From Lytechinus pictus (Eukaryota), in NCBI RefSeq assembly GCF_037042905.1, contig NC_087250.1, forward strand, positions 27,220,001-27,284,000: DNA of 64,000 bases, written 5' to 3'. Positions 48,258-59,730 of this stretch are shown here, piece by piece. A program made the translations under genes and the position numbers. A model generated the notes under the pieces. The model had not been told where the DNA came from and searched no databases. It saw only the letters and a list, made by a program, of their open reading frames with translations. Positions within the stretch are counted from its first letter, which is position 1, and each line of letters opens with the position of its first letter.

Positions 48258-48985
48258 ATTTGGAAGCCTACAATCATTTTCTACAGCCTCTGATTTTTAG
48301 TCAGGTTCCCAATGTTTGTTACACACTCTAGTGCAGGGTTGCTCTAGTGTACCCTATAACATGTATAATAAATACTTGATTTGATCTTAGAATGCTATGT
48401 TTAAGAACATTTTTCTGATATAACCATTGACCATATCTTATTTATTGTAAAAGTGTAACAAATAAATTCTGATTCAATTCAATACAACCTGTAGTATTTC
48501 TTCCGTTTCAGTTATTACTAAACCAACCATTACTGTATGTCATTGATATACTGTAAGCCATATTAAACTTGTGGTTGTATAAAATTGGATCGTAATGATA
48601 TCTAACATTGGGTATTTTATTTGATTTGTGCACTGACCCAGGATGTGGAAAATCCCCAATATGTTTTAAACCACATTGCACGTCTACTCAGTTGCACACT
48701 TAACTCGCCTTCATTCACACAGTGTGCAGAGATTGTTTATAGCTGAAAGAGTATACTTGAACTTATCGGTGAGCATGTAGCTTTGGTAATATATTGTTTG
48801 TGAAATTAGTAAAGGACATGACTGATAACTTACATTAAATACAGTTGATCGACTTTACTATAACTTGGCTATTGTTTTGGACATGACTGTGCTTAAAAAC
48901 AAATGTCATACCAAGTCTTTCTGATAAAATCCCTCGTAATGACGTCATCCCTATATACAACACATGTAGCTCGTCTAATTTCTTA
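48258..48985 (+). promoter_or_regulatory. Promoter + non-coding first-exon module, copy 3
   Basis: GGAAAATCCC at 48647-48656, TCATTC at ~48711, donor CG|GTGAGC (GT at 48769), intronic TGACGTCA at 48940-48947. Confidence 0.55.
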
Positions 48986-49075
48986 TTAGCACTGACAAGG
49001 ACAAAGGTTGCAAAAAAGCAAAGATCCCATGCTTGGGGGATACTCTTTTTTACTGATAATGAATGAAATCTCATA

Positions 49076-50130
49076 TCACACTGTACTTTTTTTCCTTAAC
49101 CCCGGGAAATTGGTGGGGCTAAGGGGGGAGGGGGGGGGGGTCTTAGCCCCACCAATTTCCCGGAGTTAAGCTTAGCCCGCTTCGTTTTCACACTACGTTT
49201 TAGCAAAGTTGGCTGGCACGGTAAATAATACGGTACTATCTGGCCCTGCCAAAATATCAGGGTTAGCCGGTGCTAATTGCGATGCTAAGAGATGCAGTGT
49301 GAAACGAAAGTGGGCTAAGGAGGAAAAGTGGGGCTAAGCATTAACCAATCACAAAAGTCGAAATTGCACGTTAATTGCGTTCTGTATGATAAAATCATCA
49401 ATATTAATGAGCTGTGTGATAGTTAGGGGTGATAACCCCGGCTAAGCAAATAGCATGGGGTTAAGAAAGACAGTGTGAATTAAAAAAAAATATTATGGGG
49501 TTAAGGATAGTACGGGGTTAAAGGAAAGGGTTACACTTCCGAATTCCGAAGGTTCGTAATTCCGAAACACGTAAATTGCCTATACAGTTGTACCTCGATG
49601 TTCGTTAATCCGAAAACGTTAAAGGGTTCGTTAATCCGAACATTTGTGGCGTTATTCCGAAGGTTCGTTATTCCGACGGTTCGATAATCCGAAAACGAAA
49701 TAAGGTTCAATGTTCCGAAGGTTCGTTAATCCGATAACGAAACAAGGTTCGTTGTTCCGAAGGTTCGTTAATCCGAAAACGAAATGAGGTTCGTAATTCC
49801 GAAGGTTCGTTAGTCCGAAAACGAAATGGTTAACGAACCTTATTTCGTTGTCGGACTAACGAAGCTTCGGAACAACGAACCTCATTTCGTTTTCGGATTA
49901 ACGAACCTTCGGAATTACGAACCTCACTTCGTTTTCGGACTAACGAACCTACGGAATGACGAACCTCATTTCGTTTTCGGACTAACGAACCGTCGGAATT
50001 ACGAACCTTCGGAAATACGTACCTTTGGAATAACGAACCTTCGAAATATCCGAACCTTCGGAATAACGAAGCTTCGGAATTACGAATGTATGCGAAAGGA
50101 AAGTATGGGGTTAAAGAAAATGCAGTGTGA
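49076..50130. mobile_element. Harbinger-like MITE hosting a foldback insertion
   Basis: TCACACTGTAC...CTTAACCCC and GGGGTTAAAGAAAATGCAGTGTGA form inverted ends; internal GGGGCTAAG repeats. Confidence 0.6.
49528..50094. mobile_element. Foldback (MuDR-like) MITE made of head-to-head arrays of a ~39-bp repeat
   Basis: TTCCGAAGGTTCGTTAATCCGAAAACGAAAT-type units switch orientation at ~49830. 8-9-bp TSD AAAGGAAA(G) at 49520 and 50095. Confidence 0.85.
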
Positions 50131-50465
50131 AAAACATAATAGAAGGGTAGCAGTGTTTTTGTTCTCATAAATCAAAATAATCTAATCATTGTAAAGTGAA
50201 ATATATCACAAGGCATGTCATTTATTGGAATTCATAGCAAATTGAAGAAAATATGAATTTGAACTCCGTAGATTGATCTAGTTTTGTGAAAATTAAGTAA
50301 AAGAAAACATAGCTAGGAGACTTGCCAGGAAAGATTAAGTTTAGGAGATAGAAAAATGGGGATAAAAGAGAGAGAGAATAAAGAGGAGGGAGATAGCAAG
50401 CAAGATTAGAAAGAAGCAGAAAGAGAGAGAGTGTGTGTGCAGAGGGGGGGGGGGGGGGGTAGATA

Positions 50466-50631
50466 CACTGTAAAAAATGAAGTTCTAACTTAACACTTAA
50501 GGTGCTTGTATAGTGACTGCACTAAGAGTGCTGAATTTCTAGTTAAACTTTAAGCTAGAAAATTAGCACTCGTAGTGCAGTCACTCTACAAGCACTGTAA
50601 GTGCTAAATTAGCACTTCACTTTTTATAGTG
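50466..50631. mobile_element. Short palindromic CACTG-terminus MITE
   Basis: Near-perfect 166-bp hairpin CACTGTAAAAA...TTTTTATAGTG flanked by TA. Confidence 0.82.
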
Positions 50632-50633
50632 TA

Positions 50634-52363
50634 CAGTGCGTCCCCCAAAAAACTATACACTTTTGAAATGGCTGCCAAAAAAAAAATGTAGCACTTTGGG
50701 GGAAAAGACTTACATATATGGAAAGCCAATAAAGTCAACTTTCAAATGACACCAAAAAGTTGGAAAACTATTCATACTTGAGCGAGCACTGTCCACTAAA
50801 ACAAAGGGTATGAAAATTAGGGTGGGCCGGAATTAGCCTTCCAATTTCTTTCAGGATTTTTTGTTTGGTACTTGCAAAGTTGAGGGTTATTTGGTGAATT
50901 AAAGATCAGTTGTGATCAGTTTGTTGTTTGTGAAAATTAATGTGTTATTAAATTGAAATTTAATACATGAGTGATCATGATTTGCACATTTTAGTGCAGC
51001 ATTGTGTCTTTATCATGTGGATCTCAACAATGTGTTCATGAGAGTCAGGAGAAGAGGGGGGGGGGGGAGGGGTGTATATGACTTAGGTAGGTGAAGTACG
51101 TTGATGGGATAAAGGTCAACAGAACATTTAGCAGCCACTCCCTCCATCTTTACCCCCTCCCCCTCTTCTCTCCTCCTGAGAGACTAAGCTTGGCTAGGCT
51201 GTGTAGGAATTAGCCTTACCAGTTTTTTTTTGAGAGGTTAGTCCTTTGGAACTTACAAAGCTAAGGGTGTTATGCTATTTATGAGTGAAATAAGTAAATG
51301 GTTTCTTAGGCAAATTTCATGGGTTACTAAATTTCAGTATAATGCATGAGTGAACAGGAATTGTAATATTAGTGTAGCATATTCATCTTGTGGATCTCAG
51401 AAGTGTGTTCGTAAGAGGCAGAGTAATGTGATGGTACATGTTACAAGCAAGAGGGCGAGATATTCTAAGACTTGGTTAAAAATGCATTCCTCTTCTTTTT
51501 GTCCTTTTACAAATTAAAAGTCATAACCCTCCCCTCTCCACCTCCATTTCCCAGCCCCCCCCCCCCTCACTCTCTGTCTCACTTCATGGATTGTAGCCTA
51601 TTCAAAACTTAGCTGCCAAGTAACCGGTGGCTGATGGTCAGTTTTTTTTATTGAATGATTACCAAGAAATTTAATGATTATGATGATTAATGAAGTAATT
51701 TATTGAAAAAAAAACCGAATGTTTGATGCATCACTTTGCACATTAAATGAGTTTATTAACTGATAAATTGTTCATTAAATGATTGATAGGAAAAAGTTGA
51801 TGCCCCAATTCAGAATTAATCATTAAATCAACATTCTGCTATGGACTTCACGCGTTCATGACTATAGCCATCAGTCTCTCAACAGGAGGGGAGGGCGGGA
51901 AAAGGGAAGGGGGGGGGGGGGGGCTTAATGTTCTGTTGACCCTTATTCCATCAACCTTTTTCTCCCACATGATAAAGTTGAAATGCTGCCCCAAAAGTGT
52001 AATATATGTTCACTCATGCATTAAAGTTCAGTTTAATAATACCAAAAAAAATTGCTTAAGCAACCAAAACTGGTCACGGTTGATCATAAATTTACCACAA
52101 CGCCCTTAACTTTGCAAGTTCGAAAGGATTTGCCTCTCAAAAACTGGCATAAATTGGAAGGCTAATTCCAGCCCACCCTAATTTTCATACCCTTTGTTTC
52201 AGTGGGCAGTGCTCGCTCAAGCATGAATAGTTTTCCAACTTTTTGGTGTCATTTGAAAGTTGACTTTATTGGCTTTCTATATATGTAAAATTTTTCCCCC
52301 AAAGTGCTACATTTTTTATTTGGCAGCCATTTCAAAAGTGTATAGTTTTTTTGGGACGCACTG
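50634..52363. mobile_element. Non-autonomous Tc1/mariner-like element with long TIRs
   Basis: TA-CAGTGCGTCCC...GGGACGCACTG-TA. TIRs of more than 200 bp. No transposase ORF. Confidence 0.9.
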
Positions 52364-53240
52364 TAGATCTCAACGCCCCTACGCTTTGTGCATAACCAGG
52401 GAATGCCAGCACGATTACAAGCTCGTTGGACGGCATGAAATTATGTAATTTCTCTACAAAGGTCAATATTGGGGAAACCCCTTTATTAATATGCTTATCC
52501 ATTCTACATTAAAAGATGGCGCTCTTCCAAACCTTGATTGAACTTTCATTGAATCACTTGATGAAGATGTGGTTCCGGACATTAAATCATTTGAAATCAG
52601 AAACAATGGGAAGTATACATTACCTTCATTTAATAACTTCAATAAGCTAAATACAGACTCCCTTTAAACAAAACACTAGAATCACATTATATTCGGATTC
52701 AAGATTAGTATGATATTGAAATTGAGCATCCTTGCATAGAACAAACATGAATTCGGATGATTTTTTTTTCTCAAAAAAAAGACATATCTGCCATATACAT
52801 GCTACTAACTATCACGTGCATAATGTGTCAAAACATTGTAAAAGAAGATCAAATGAAATATTTCCAAAAATAATTTCGTCTATAACTATTTTTCAATCGA
52901 TCATGGCGATTGTGTCCCTGTGTAAAGCACTTCATTTCCATTATATCATTATGGAAATTGAAAAGATGGACATCATTTCTACTCTGCACTTTGAATGATG
53001 AAAGTACTCTAGTTAGCTATATACTTTTTTCATATTTCTATATAAGCAGTATTTACCCTGTATCAATAAATGTAATCGTAGATGGTTGTTATATGTTTTT
53101 TAAAATGCGGTATATAAGTCTTGCAATGATGTGAAACCTCTTTGTAGAAAGTTTAATGCGGTATATATATTGATCGCCTGATTTGCTAGGATACCATGTA
53201 TTGCTTTAGATAATCATTGATGTATGATTACTTAACAGCT

Positions 53241-54505
53241 CTAATGTACATTATGTTACATCTTTAATGTACATTATATTACATCTTCAATGTACATTAG
53301 GTTACATCTTTAATGTACATTATGTTACATCTTTAGTGTACATCAATTTACATTTTTAATGTACATTAATTTACATATTTAATGCACATTATGTTACATC
53401 TTTAATGTACATTATATAACATCTTTAATGTACATTATGTTACGTCTTTAATGTACATTATGTTACATATTTAATGTACATCAATTTACATATTTAATGT
53501 ACATTATGTTACATCTTTAATGTACATTATGTCACATCTTTAATGTACATTATGTTACATCTTTAATGTACATTATGTTACATATTTAATGTACATTACG
53601 TTACATTTTATGTACACAAATTTACATATTTAATGTACATTATGTTACATATTTAATGTACATCAATTTACATATTTAATGTACATTATGTTACATCTTT
53701 AATGTACATTATGTTACATCTTTATGTACATAAATTTACATATTTAATATACATTATGTTACATCTTTAATGTACATAAAGTTACATTTTTAAAGTACAT
53801 TAGTTCACATATTTAATGTGCATCAATTTGCATGTTTAATGTACATCAATTTACAGAATTAATGTACATTATTTACATCTTTAATGTACATTAATTTACA
53901 TCATTAATGTAAATCAATTAACATATTCGTGTGGAGGAGCCGTGGTGTAGTGGTTCTGACTCTCGCCTTGTAAACAGAGGGTCGTGTGTTCGAATCCCAC
54001 CGCGGTCTAGCGTCCTTTGGCAAGGCGTTAATCCACACTTTGCCACTCTCGACCAAGGTGCTTAATGGGTACCCGGTAGGATGTGAAAGTCATTGTAGCT
54101 TGTCCAGTACTGTGTGCGCCTCACAGGCGACTGACTGGAATACTCCCAGGGAGTGGAGGATGTGTACACATTGTGGGAATGACTGATTGAATCCGACGAC
54201 CGGGGTAATAATATATATGTGAAGCGCTTGGACACGTCGTTCCGATGGATTAAGCGCTTTATAAAAGCGGTTATTATTATTGTTATTATTATTATTATTA
54301 TTAGTAGTAGTAGTAGTAGTATTATTATATTCAATGTATATCAATATACACTTTTAATGCACATCAGTTAAGATATTTAATGCATATCAATTTACATCTT
54401 TAATGTGCATCAATTTACATTTTTAATTTACATCAAATTACATCTTTAATGTACATCAATTTACATATTGGATGAACATTATTTTACATCTTTAATGTAC
54501 ATCAT
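53241..54505. repeat. 22-23-bp minisatellite (TTTAATGTACATTATGTTACATC) interrupted by a SINE
   Basis: About 30 units before the SINE and ~8 decayed units after it. Each unit has the palindromic core ATGTACAT. Confidence 0.95.
53933..54328 (+). mobile_element. Full-length tRNA-derived SINE
   Basis: tRNA-like head (TGGTGTAGTGG A-box, GTTCGAATCC B-box), central core ...AATGGGTACC, L2-like tail AAGCGCTTTATAAA plus (TTA)n/(TAG)n. Confidence 0.9.
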
Positions 54506-54959
54506 TTCAAACTAGATTGCCTACTTTATTCATTTCACCATCTCCTTTTATTTTCCATTAGTCATCACTAAACACCCCCAAACTAAAGTGTTTTAACCTA
54601 AATACTTCAATTTACGAGTCAATAATGAACGTCGTTCCATTGACCTTCCAAAATATGTATGTACTGGGTGAGTGTTTCTTTTCCGTCTATCTCAAGACAT
54701 TCATATAATTTATCCGAACCATTTTCATTCATCTTTACTGCACAATGATAGTAAACGAACTTTATGTAAAGATCTCCAAACTCTGTCTTCTTTTTGTTGG
54801 ATTAATCTGAGTAATATTTTTCTCTTTAAGGCATCCAAACTTGTCTTTAACCCCCCCCCCCTTTACTCATCAATGCAAAGCAAGAACAGTCACTAACGTT
54901 CATTATAATTACCCTATTAGTAAAAGTTGTTGTTTGAGCTTCTCTTTTAAAGTACATTA

Positions 54960-57900
54960 TCTTTCCCTTCCATTTATCACACTTTTAAGTACATTTTCTA
55001 TTTCATCAGAGTTTTCTTTTTCCTATATAGATTACCTAATATTAAAAGTTTACCCGTTCTTTACTCCTTAATGTTTTATAATCTTATGCCTCAGTACAGA
55101 TGGGTTCATGGTCCAGCGCACAAAGAGTTAATTCTCGTTTAACTACTTTAATTTCTTTAGTTGTTTCAGTTGTCTTTTTGTTATTTCACTGATTTAGTTC
55201 AATATAAATACAACAAGTTCTTCTCTTTAATGTCAGCTACTAATGGTCTGAAAAATAAAGGTCTAAAATTTGAACCTCACGAATCATGATAATGTTTTGA
55301 TAAATCTATAAAGAATTCACCCCTGTTGAATACAAAAATGCCATAATTCGCGTGTTATATTGAAAATATGTCATTGCGTGTCAACCCACACTGTTCTATT
55401 ATGTTGATAATATGTCATTGCGTGTCAACACAGACTGTCCTATTATGTTGATAATATTTCATTGCGTGTCGACCCAAGGCTGTTCTATTATGTTGATGAT
55501 AATGTACCGGCACCCACTGGAACTGTAACTAACAAGGGAAAATAAAAATAATAAAAAAGGGACAAACTTGGTATGGCAGTTTTTTCATAAAGTTGTTCCG
55601 AAGTTACGAATGGCTTTACTCAAGACTAGAATATGTTCACAGTTGTTAAAGTCAGCTCCAAGTCATAGGGATCCGTTAACCAAATAAATGTTCACCAGTC
55701 TGTGTAAAGTTATTCGTCATAACTCACGAACAGCTTTATGATACACACAATATATATATTTTCACATTCACATTGACTGATAACAAAAGATTACCAAAAC
55801 CTTTGACTTCCATTTCTGAAAGCAGCAGCTTGGTTTATAGTTCGTGTATGTACTGTTTGAAGGTATGACGGAATGATTGTTAGCATGAAAAGAGAAGATA
55901 ACATTCTAACCTCCGTGGATGAGACCCGCTATAGAAAATTGAGTATCTGAATATAAAAACGGTCAAGTCCAATTGAGTTAGATATGGGAAATTGTTCCTT
56001 ATACAATGACTCATCTTGTGTATAAATGATAAATCTGAAATCATCTCTGAAAAGGGGAGAAAGCTGGTTTGAATGTAATAAAAGCCAATGTCTAGGACTT
56101 AATTGTCCCTCTATTTTCTATTTCATCGGAGTTTTATTTACCCTTGATTACCTACTATTAAACTTTTACACGTTTTTTAACAAGTATATTGTTATCAGCT
56201 TCTTCATTGTTTTGTAATCTTATGCCTCTTAATTCTTGTTTAACTACTTGTAATTTATTTCGTTATTTCAGTTGTTTTTCGTTATTTCACTGATTTAGTT
56301 CAATATAAATGCAACATGTTTTTCTTTTTAATGTCAGCTACTGATGGTCTGAAATATAAAGGTCGAAAATTTGAACCTCACGAATCATGATAATGTTTCG
56401 ATAAATCAATAAAGAATTCACCCCTGTTGAATAGAAAAAAAATGCCATAATTCGCCTGTTATATTGAAAATATGTCATTGCGTGTCAACCCACACTGTTC
56501 TATTATGTTGATAATATTTAATTGCGTGTCAACAAAGACTGTTCTATTATGTTGATAATAATGTACCGGCACACACTGGAACGGTAACTAATGAGAAAAT
56601 AATAGTAAATAGGACAAACTTGAATTGGCAGTTTTTTCATAAAGTTAAAGTTACGAATGGCTTTATTCAAGACTGGTACATGTTCTAATCTGATAAAGTC
56701 AGCAGCATAGGGATCCGTTAACCAAATAAAGGTTCACCAGTCTGTGTAAAGTCATTCGTCATAACTCACAAACAGCTTTATGAAACACCAAACATATATA
56801 TTTTCACATTGACTGATAACAAAAGATCACTGCCAGGAAAGAAATTCAATGCAATTCTAATGTTTCAGTTGACATGGTTGAGTTCAAACATGTGTTTAAA
56901 ATATTTACTTGGTCCAGGTTATGGTAGGCCTGTAGACAATTGTATATGTACATATGTTTTGAATGTTTCAAAAGCAAGCGTTGGAAACGTTTGATACCCC
57001 CCCCCCCCCGCTTAGAGTAAAAGTGTACCAGGTTTATGTCATATTTTGTAAAGGTGTTAACATATTTCTTATTAGGTGAAGCATTTTCATACAGGTATCA
57101 TAAATAGCAAAAAGTGCTCTAGCAATGATGAATGTAGGTGTAGAGATGCCCATGAAGTTTTTTGTTATTAAGAATGTGTCGCTTTATGCATTCATCTGTT
57201 ATTGAAATTCTTTGAATTACTTTATATAATTTTTACAGTTAGTCCTAGTAACGGTAGGGTATATTATGAGGTTAGTTTTAGTAATTCAGGGAGAACCACC
57301 TAAGCTAGAATAAACCACATATGTTCGTATAGGCAGTCTAAGTTAGAACTGAGGGACTACGTCGGTGACGAGATAACGACCCCAGCTGCCGCCGGTTCTC
57401 CACCGACATGATTGGTCAAAATTCATGTCTTCATTGGGGGCTCGATCTCGTCCACTAATTCGTTGAAGCCTCATCTCTCTGATCTGGGGGTTACTCATCA
57501 AGGGGCAACACAGTCTGCGGAGGCCGAGGCCGAGTGGAAGAGACATCGCTAGCTGCGGAGGCCAGGAACTGGACCGACCACCAGGGCCGAGTGGGGCATG
57601 TCAGGCCAGATGAGATGATGGGGGCTAGTGTCAACGATTACCGTTAAGTTGTATTTTGTTATATCTATATATATTTTCATGTACAATTAGTGTAAACCCA
57701 ATCAAAAGGATACCACAGAATGACAAAAGAGATTTGATTAAATCTTTTTTAATAGCTGTATTCATCAGTTTTACGTATTCTTTATTTGGTGTCAAGCAGC
57801 AGTAAGTAAATACTTTAAAAAAGTCACTTCCCACGTGACAATCACCAAACCTTTGACCTCCATTATTGAAAGCAGTTTGGTTCATAGTTCGTGTATGTAC

Positions 57901-58155
57901 TGTTTGAAGGTATGACAGAATGATTGTTAGCATGAAAAGTGGAGATAATATTCTAACATCCATGGATGAGACCTGCTATAGAAAATTGAATATCTGAATA
58001 CAAAAACGTCCAATAGAGTTAGATATGGAAAATTGTTCCTTATACAATGACTCATCTTGTGTAAAAATGATGAATCTGAAATCATCTCAGAAATGCCTTA
58101 AATTAAAGGGTGGGAAGCTGGTTTGATTGTAATAAAAGCCAATGTCTGGGACTTG
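54960..58155 (+). repeat. ~1.1-kb tandem duplication (~54960-56100 vs ~56100-56830 + 57841-58155); third diverged partial copy at ~45870-47660
   Basis: Shared TTTGAACCTCACGAATCATGATAATG, AATGTACCGGCA, TCCGTTAACCAAA and GAAGGTATGAC blocks in the same order. Confidence 0.88.
56831..57840. mobile_element. Solo LTR (1010 bp)
   Basis: TG...CA ends (TGCCA / TGACA). 5-bp TSD ATCAC (56826-56830, 57841-57845). Absent from the duplicate copy at ~55790. Confidence 0.8.
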
Positions 58156-58805
58156 GGCTTTTCTTATAAAAAAGGGTTTTTCTTACATTTATATCCAAGC
58201 GCCCTCTCTCTTTACATCAATACTGTACATGCACTAACTGCATTATAAGTTGTTTTTGGTTTGACAGAGATGTTGTGCAATCGTTGTGACCAGAGGCGTC
58301 GATCATGGGGGGGGGGGGGCAGGGGGGGCAACCGCCCCACCAATGAAAATATTGGGGGGGGGGCAAACATATCGTTTTGCCCCCCCAATAATTCCGCATG
58401 TGCAAAAAATAAAATAAGATTGTAATGTAACACATAAATCAGCAAGCGAGATTGAGATACGCAACTCGTTCTTCATCTAAAATCGTGCTCAAAATGTCCG
58501 GTTTTCAGATTAGAATATTAAAAATTTTCAGCTCGCGCTTTGCGCTCGCATCATTTCTGTAGCAAAAACCCATACTTTTCATGATTGAATAGGTGAATAG
58601 AATGTCCCGTTTTCAGTTCTATACCTCAAAAGAACTCCCACTTCGATTTGCAATAACCTTTTGTTGGATATATTTCTTGTTCTTTATTAAAAACGTCAAT
58701 TAAACTCTTTTTTTTAAAGATCAAAATATCAAAATTTTCAGCTCGCGCTTCGCGCTCTCATCTATTATTTTTTTATTTTTTTTTAAATTTAATTTGTTGG
58801 TGAGA

Positions 58806-58878
<73 letters not shown>

Positions 58879-59097
58879 TTTCCTCACCTCTGGTCTACCA
58901 ATGGTTTCGCGCCTCGATCACGGGCGGCTCATCAGGACACTGAAGCTAGTTGGATTTGGTGGGGGCCCTCGGTTGGGGCAATGGATGCATTTCACGGTCC
59001 GGCGGTTCTTTGTTCCTTCTTTTGTGATTTAATATATATATATAATCTATATATATATACATATAGGCGTATGTGTGTGTGTGTGTGTGTGTGTGTT
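58806..59097. repeat. Compound (TG)n/(TA)n microsatellite split by a ~160-bp insert
   Basis: (TG)n(TA)n at 58806-58873, unique insert, then (TA)n...(TG)n at ~59032-59097. Confidence 0.9.
58893..58938 (-). ncRNA. Minimal type I hammerhead ribozyme in a ~160-bp insert (58874-59031)
   Basis: Minus strand reads GTC-CTGATGA-GCCGCCCG-TGAT-CGAGGCGC-GAAA-CCA-T-TGG-TA-GAC. Perfect core, stem I GTC/GAC, stem II 7 bp with two bulges, stem III ACCA/TGGT, GUA triplet. Confidence 0.75.
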
Positions 59098-59337
59098 TGA
59101 GTCTGTTTGTTTTGTGTGATCGAGCGCCTTTGGAAAGTTGATTCACGATTTTGCCCCCCCAATCTGAAAAATGGATCGACGCCCCTGGTTGTGACGGATT
59201 AAAAGTATTCATCTGAACCTTAAACCTTTTTTCAATGTTATATTATTTTTATTTTCCCCTTCTTTTGGACATGATGAGATTGATGTTTTCAATATTGATC
59301 AGATGTAAAGTGGAATCTTGATGTGTTTTGGACCAGG

Positions 59338-59507
59338 TGGGTGTGTATCAAAGCTATTCGTAAGATTAGAGCGACTTTAAGAACGACTAGTGATCCTTTC
59401 TTTTGGTAAATGGTATACACCATTGGCGATGGCTTAGCGCGTAAGAAAGGTTCACCAGTCGTTCTCAAAGTCGCTCTTAACTTACGAACAGCTTTATGAA
59501 ACGCCCC
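59338..59507. mobile_element. Small palindromic MITE; related decayed copies sit in the 46-47 kb and 55-56 kb duplicated blocks
   Basis: AAAGCTATTCGTAAGATTAGAGCGACTTT vs AAAGTCGCTCTTAACTTACGAACAGCTTT form inverted arms. Confidence 0.75.
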
Positions 59508-59730
59508 CCCCCCACTGGAATAAAATGTTTAAAAAGTAATGAGTGGAAGATCACTTGCAAATGTCCGTGCTTCTGTGTGTGTGTGTCAGAGGGTGTGTGA
59601 GGGGTGTATGGTTGGGTGTGAGTAAAAAAAATAGCTCTTCAAAAATAACAAAAATAATAATTCCTATGCTAATGTGCGTGTGAGGAAGTGGGGCATGCAA
59701 GGACAGATTAAATATTGATATTTGGACCCT

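Larger units (their letters stand above)
58291..59187. mobile_element. hAT-like MITE
   Basis: TIR CAGAGGCGTCGATC / GATCGACGCCCCTG. Perfect 8-bp TSD GTTGTGAC. Confidence 0.9.

Noticed and set aside
49540..50090. Regularly spaced repeats resembling a CRISPR array, plus ORFs 49826-50170
   Set aside because: No unique spacers and no cas genes; eukaryotic context; the arrays are inverted arms of a foldback element with a TSD.
53933..54005. tRNA-like sequence with A and B boxes
   Set aside because: It continues into a SINE core and LINE-like tail, so it is a SINE head and not a tRNA gene.
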